The translations under genes were made by a program, and so were the position numbers. 64,000 nucleotides of DNA from Thraustochytrium aureum (lineage: Eukaryota), in the NCBI GenBank assembly GCA_012862495.1, contig BLSG01000299.1, forward strand, positions 1 to 64,000, given 5' to 3'. Positions within the stretch are counted from its first letter, which is position 1. The number at the start of each line of letters is the position of its first letter. Shown here in pieces: positions 61,201 to 64,000 of the stretch. The notes below the pieces were generated by a model. It was not told where the DNA came from and did no database searches. It saw only the letters and a list, made by a program, of their open reading frames with translations.

Positions 61201-62777
61201 CCGCTCTGCGATAGCGAAGGGGAAATGCTTTGTATCCTTGACCGTCCCCAGAACAGCAAACCCAACCGACTTGAACATCTGCAAGATGTTCGTCACAGTC
61301 TTGGCGCCCTCAGCTTGGCTTTTGGCGACAGATAAGTAGCCTCGATCGATGAATACGACTAGCTGCTTGGCGAGGTACGGATCCAATTCTGAAGCGTCGT
61401 CCACTCCGAAGAGGGCGGTGAGTGTTTCCTTGACGAGGTCGACCGTTCTGCTCTTAACCTCCTCAAGCGCGCACGACAGAAGCATCTGGGTTGCAACGCT
61501 GACAACGAGATGGGTCACGGGCTGCGTCTGCTTCTTCCTCGTGGTCTGCAAGCGAATTCCATACTGCTCCCACACTTTCGAGTTGAAAGGGAGCTTGTCG
61601 TCGTCCAAGTCCACCCAAGTTGTGCCCGGTTTGAAGAACAGGGAGCTCCAGTATTGCCTGCAGGATCTCTGCACGGCTCGCATAACCGGGTCAACGTTGA
61701 ATGCAGGATTGTGGGTCCCGGGGATTCCGCTGGCGGGTGCCTTCTGGCTGTAGGGCTTGTCGGCGATCGCCATCGCATCGCGCACCCGCTTGTGAGCATC
61801 GCAGTGATTCAAGAAGTGGACGTACACTCTTGAGTCTTCAGCGTACCTTGCGGCTGAGCAATGATACACGCGGAGGGCAATCTCCACGCGAAGAAACATG
61901 ACGATGTCGGCGAGCGTCTGTGGGCATCCAGCATCACTTAGCCACTTCGCAAACATGATGAGCCACGCCGGCGGGAGGCAAACGGCAAAGCACGTCAGTG
62001 CGTTCGTGAGGCTCTTTGACTTGTCGCCGTTGATTTCAGTCGTGCATCTCTGAAGTACGAACTCGGATTCCGATTGCACCTGATTCAGGAGGATTGTGTC
62101 GGACGCATTGAACTCGATCCCAACATTGTCCACGAGAGTGCCCGATAGGCCTTGGTGGTACTTCGAACCTTCTCTACTGAACGATAAGTATGACCATGAG
62201 GAGCGGTCCGTTTCACCAGCCTCTGCTGGGCTCTCAATGATCATCTCGTCAAAGGCGGCCCCAGCATAACCATCCTCCTCGCTAGACTCTCCGTCGCTAC
62301 TGCTGTGATCGTCGTCCTCCGCCTCGAGGGATCGCGCTGGTTGCGTCTGCGTCGACATGATCCCGCAGCGCGAGATGCGAGTCGAGACGCGTGCTGCTGT
62401 TGGAGCGCTGCCCACCAGGACTCGCCGGAGGGTCGCGGATGAGACGGCGCTGCTCCTTTGTACTGCGCTAGCTGCCCTGCTCTGCGTGCACAGGTTGCTC
62501 GCGGCTGCCCACGTTGCTTGCTGCGAGGCTCGTCGGCGTCGAATTTGTTTTTGTGGTTTGGGGCGTGGGCGGCTGTGAGCTTGTGGTGACGAGGGAGGTA
62601 GAGTATTTTGCACATGAAAACAGCAGGATTCGGGATTTCACGCTAGCGCTCCTCGAGGCCGCCCGGTGCTTCTGGCCCATGCTAATTGCCGACTGTCGCG
62701 CAAGAGTTTACATATTAGGTTTTAACTTAATAACTTTTGGATTGGGCAACATATTAAGAATTTCTTAATAAAATGGG
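58225..62777 (-). mobile_element. Putative DNA transposon (piggyBac-related); exact ends and TSD not resolved
   Basis: Transposase ORF with visibly lower GC than neighbouring genes, bracketed by the most AT-rich patches in the window. These share TATTA(A/G)G-N5/6-CTTAATAA motifs. Confidence 0.65.
58567..62358 (-). CDS. Divergent piggyBac-like DDD transposase with an inserted YqaJ/lambda-exonuclease-like domain and a C-terminal Cys-rich domain
   Basis: Acidic N-terminus; WVDLDDDKL (D1), VFIDRGY (D2), GTVK, WNHFMGGADTARR (D3, cf. YNxxMGGVD) and WMMLLDYSLYNTFRL. CRD: CNVC...TTKRCSACNIALCKVCFNAFH. Insert: LTQRQRTQDWFLARTFRCSSS ... WRAQAVHHAAV. Confidence 0.78.
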
Positions 62778-63492
62778 ACTGAGGTTCGAGCTGCGAGCTG
62801 GCGCAGGAGCCTCGCGAGCCTCACGCTGCGGTGAAGTGGTGCGGACAGCTGCTCGAGGCCAAACATGCTTACACTCTGCTCTACTCCACGTGCTTCCATC
62901 CAGAGTCCGCTCGAGTACACTGGTGAGCACGGCGCCGCGGGCGGGGCGGTCCTCAGCGGCTGCTGCAGCTTCTCGAGCTGATCGTCAGTGGGTAGGGCAG
63001 CCCGCTCGTCGTCGTGGGTCCACTCGCTGCTGCGAACTCAGCATGCATGGGCTGTCCTGTCCGTCCGGCTGATGATGATGGTCCCGATCGTCTGCGCTAC
63101 TCAACCTTAGAGGAGTACCTTGCTGTCATCGCGATGCTGCTCAAGCCGCCGCGCCGACTCGCCTGGCTCGACATGGAGCCCCGGAAGGAAAGATGGAGGC
63201 GCATCGCCTGGACGCTCGCTCGTTCTGGCCGTGTGCGTGGCCCTGATGAGCGTCTCTCGAGGCGAAGAGCACCATTCTCGGTTGCATGTTTGGACCAGAA
63301 AAGCAAGCTGCAACGGCAACCTGCTGGAAGTGGGCGACGTCCCGCAAGCAGGCAGGCTGGCTGGCTGCTCGCGTTCTGGAGACTGCACGCACGGGTGCTC
63401 TCGCCCGCGCCGCTGTGGGGACCTGCACGACTGTCGGGCGTCTCTGGTGCCAAGTTGCGCCAGCGGCTGGAAGGCGACTTTTGTCGGACAAG

Positions 63493-64000
63493 ATGGGCGA
63501 GTCCAACCTCTCCACCGAGGAGGAGGCTCTGCTGGCCGCTGAAGAGCTCGTCGACAAGCTCGAAGCCGCGCAGAAGCGAGAAAAGGCCCTCAAGGGGGAG
63601 GAATGCCAAGCTCGAGACGGACTGCAAGGCCCTCGAAAGGGACGTCGAGCAGCTCGTCGAGTCGCTCGACCTCGCTGCCGAAAAGCTCGCCGAGATGGAG
63701 CGCCGCCTCGCAGCGGCCGAAGCCCGCGAAGAGCTGGCTCGGTCGCTCGCAAGGCGCAAAGAACGGGCCTGCGAAGACCTGCAGGGCCAGGTCACAGCCC
63801 TGAAGAGGGGACCTGCGGGCCTCGCGCAGCGAGGCCAAGGCTGCCACGCTTGAGGCCAACTTCCTCCAGGCTGCCCTTGACGGCCAACCGGCCGCTGAGG
63901 GCCAGGGACCGGCCTCCCAGCAGGTAGAAGACTTGCTGGCCTTGCTGCAAGAAGAAAGGCGATTGCAGCGCGAGCAGCGGCAGCCCTGCAAGGTCTGCCT
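63493..64000 (+). CDS. Coiled-coil hypothetical protein (3' truncated by window; indels)
   Basis: MGESNLSTEEEALLAAEELVDKLEAAQKREKALK continues in another frame as NAKLETDCKALERDVEQLVESLDLAAEKLAEMERRL. Confidence 0.6.

Overview
This is GC-rich, gene-dense, intron-poor eukaryotic DNA with many N runs. Two GTAAGT...CAG spliceosomal introns with CTRAC branch points confirm it is eukaryotic. A stramenopile or labyrinthulomycete-like protist is my guess, not provable from the window. Many genes carry single-base indels in homopolymers, most likely long-read consensus errors, so several ORF-track fragments join into single genes. Recognisable genes: SDH1, a HemK-type methyltransferase with a pseudouridine-synthase-like N-region, a PKD2-like channel, an FG-GAP/EGF/multi-TM receptor-like protein, an RlmL-like THUMP methyltransferase, a PPPDE-UBL-PUB protein, an eIF4B-like/MA3/W2 translation factor, an arylsulfatase, Sds22, a RasGAP-like protein, DUF2009, GST, a MORN-adenylate kinase, a NagD-like HAD, LeuB and a sulfotransferase-like protein. 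There are two standouts. (1) A ~12 kb locus (26295-38315, minus) appears to encode one ~4000-aa protein made of five tandem, diverged copies of a bacterial-type DUF2254 membrane module. (2) A divergent piggyBac-like transposase (58567-62358, minus) has a YqaJ/lambda-exonuclease-like domain inserted inside its DDD core and is flanked by AT-rich palindromic motifs. All family assignments come from motif recognition by eye; no searches were run.
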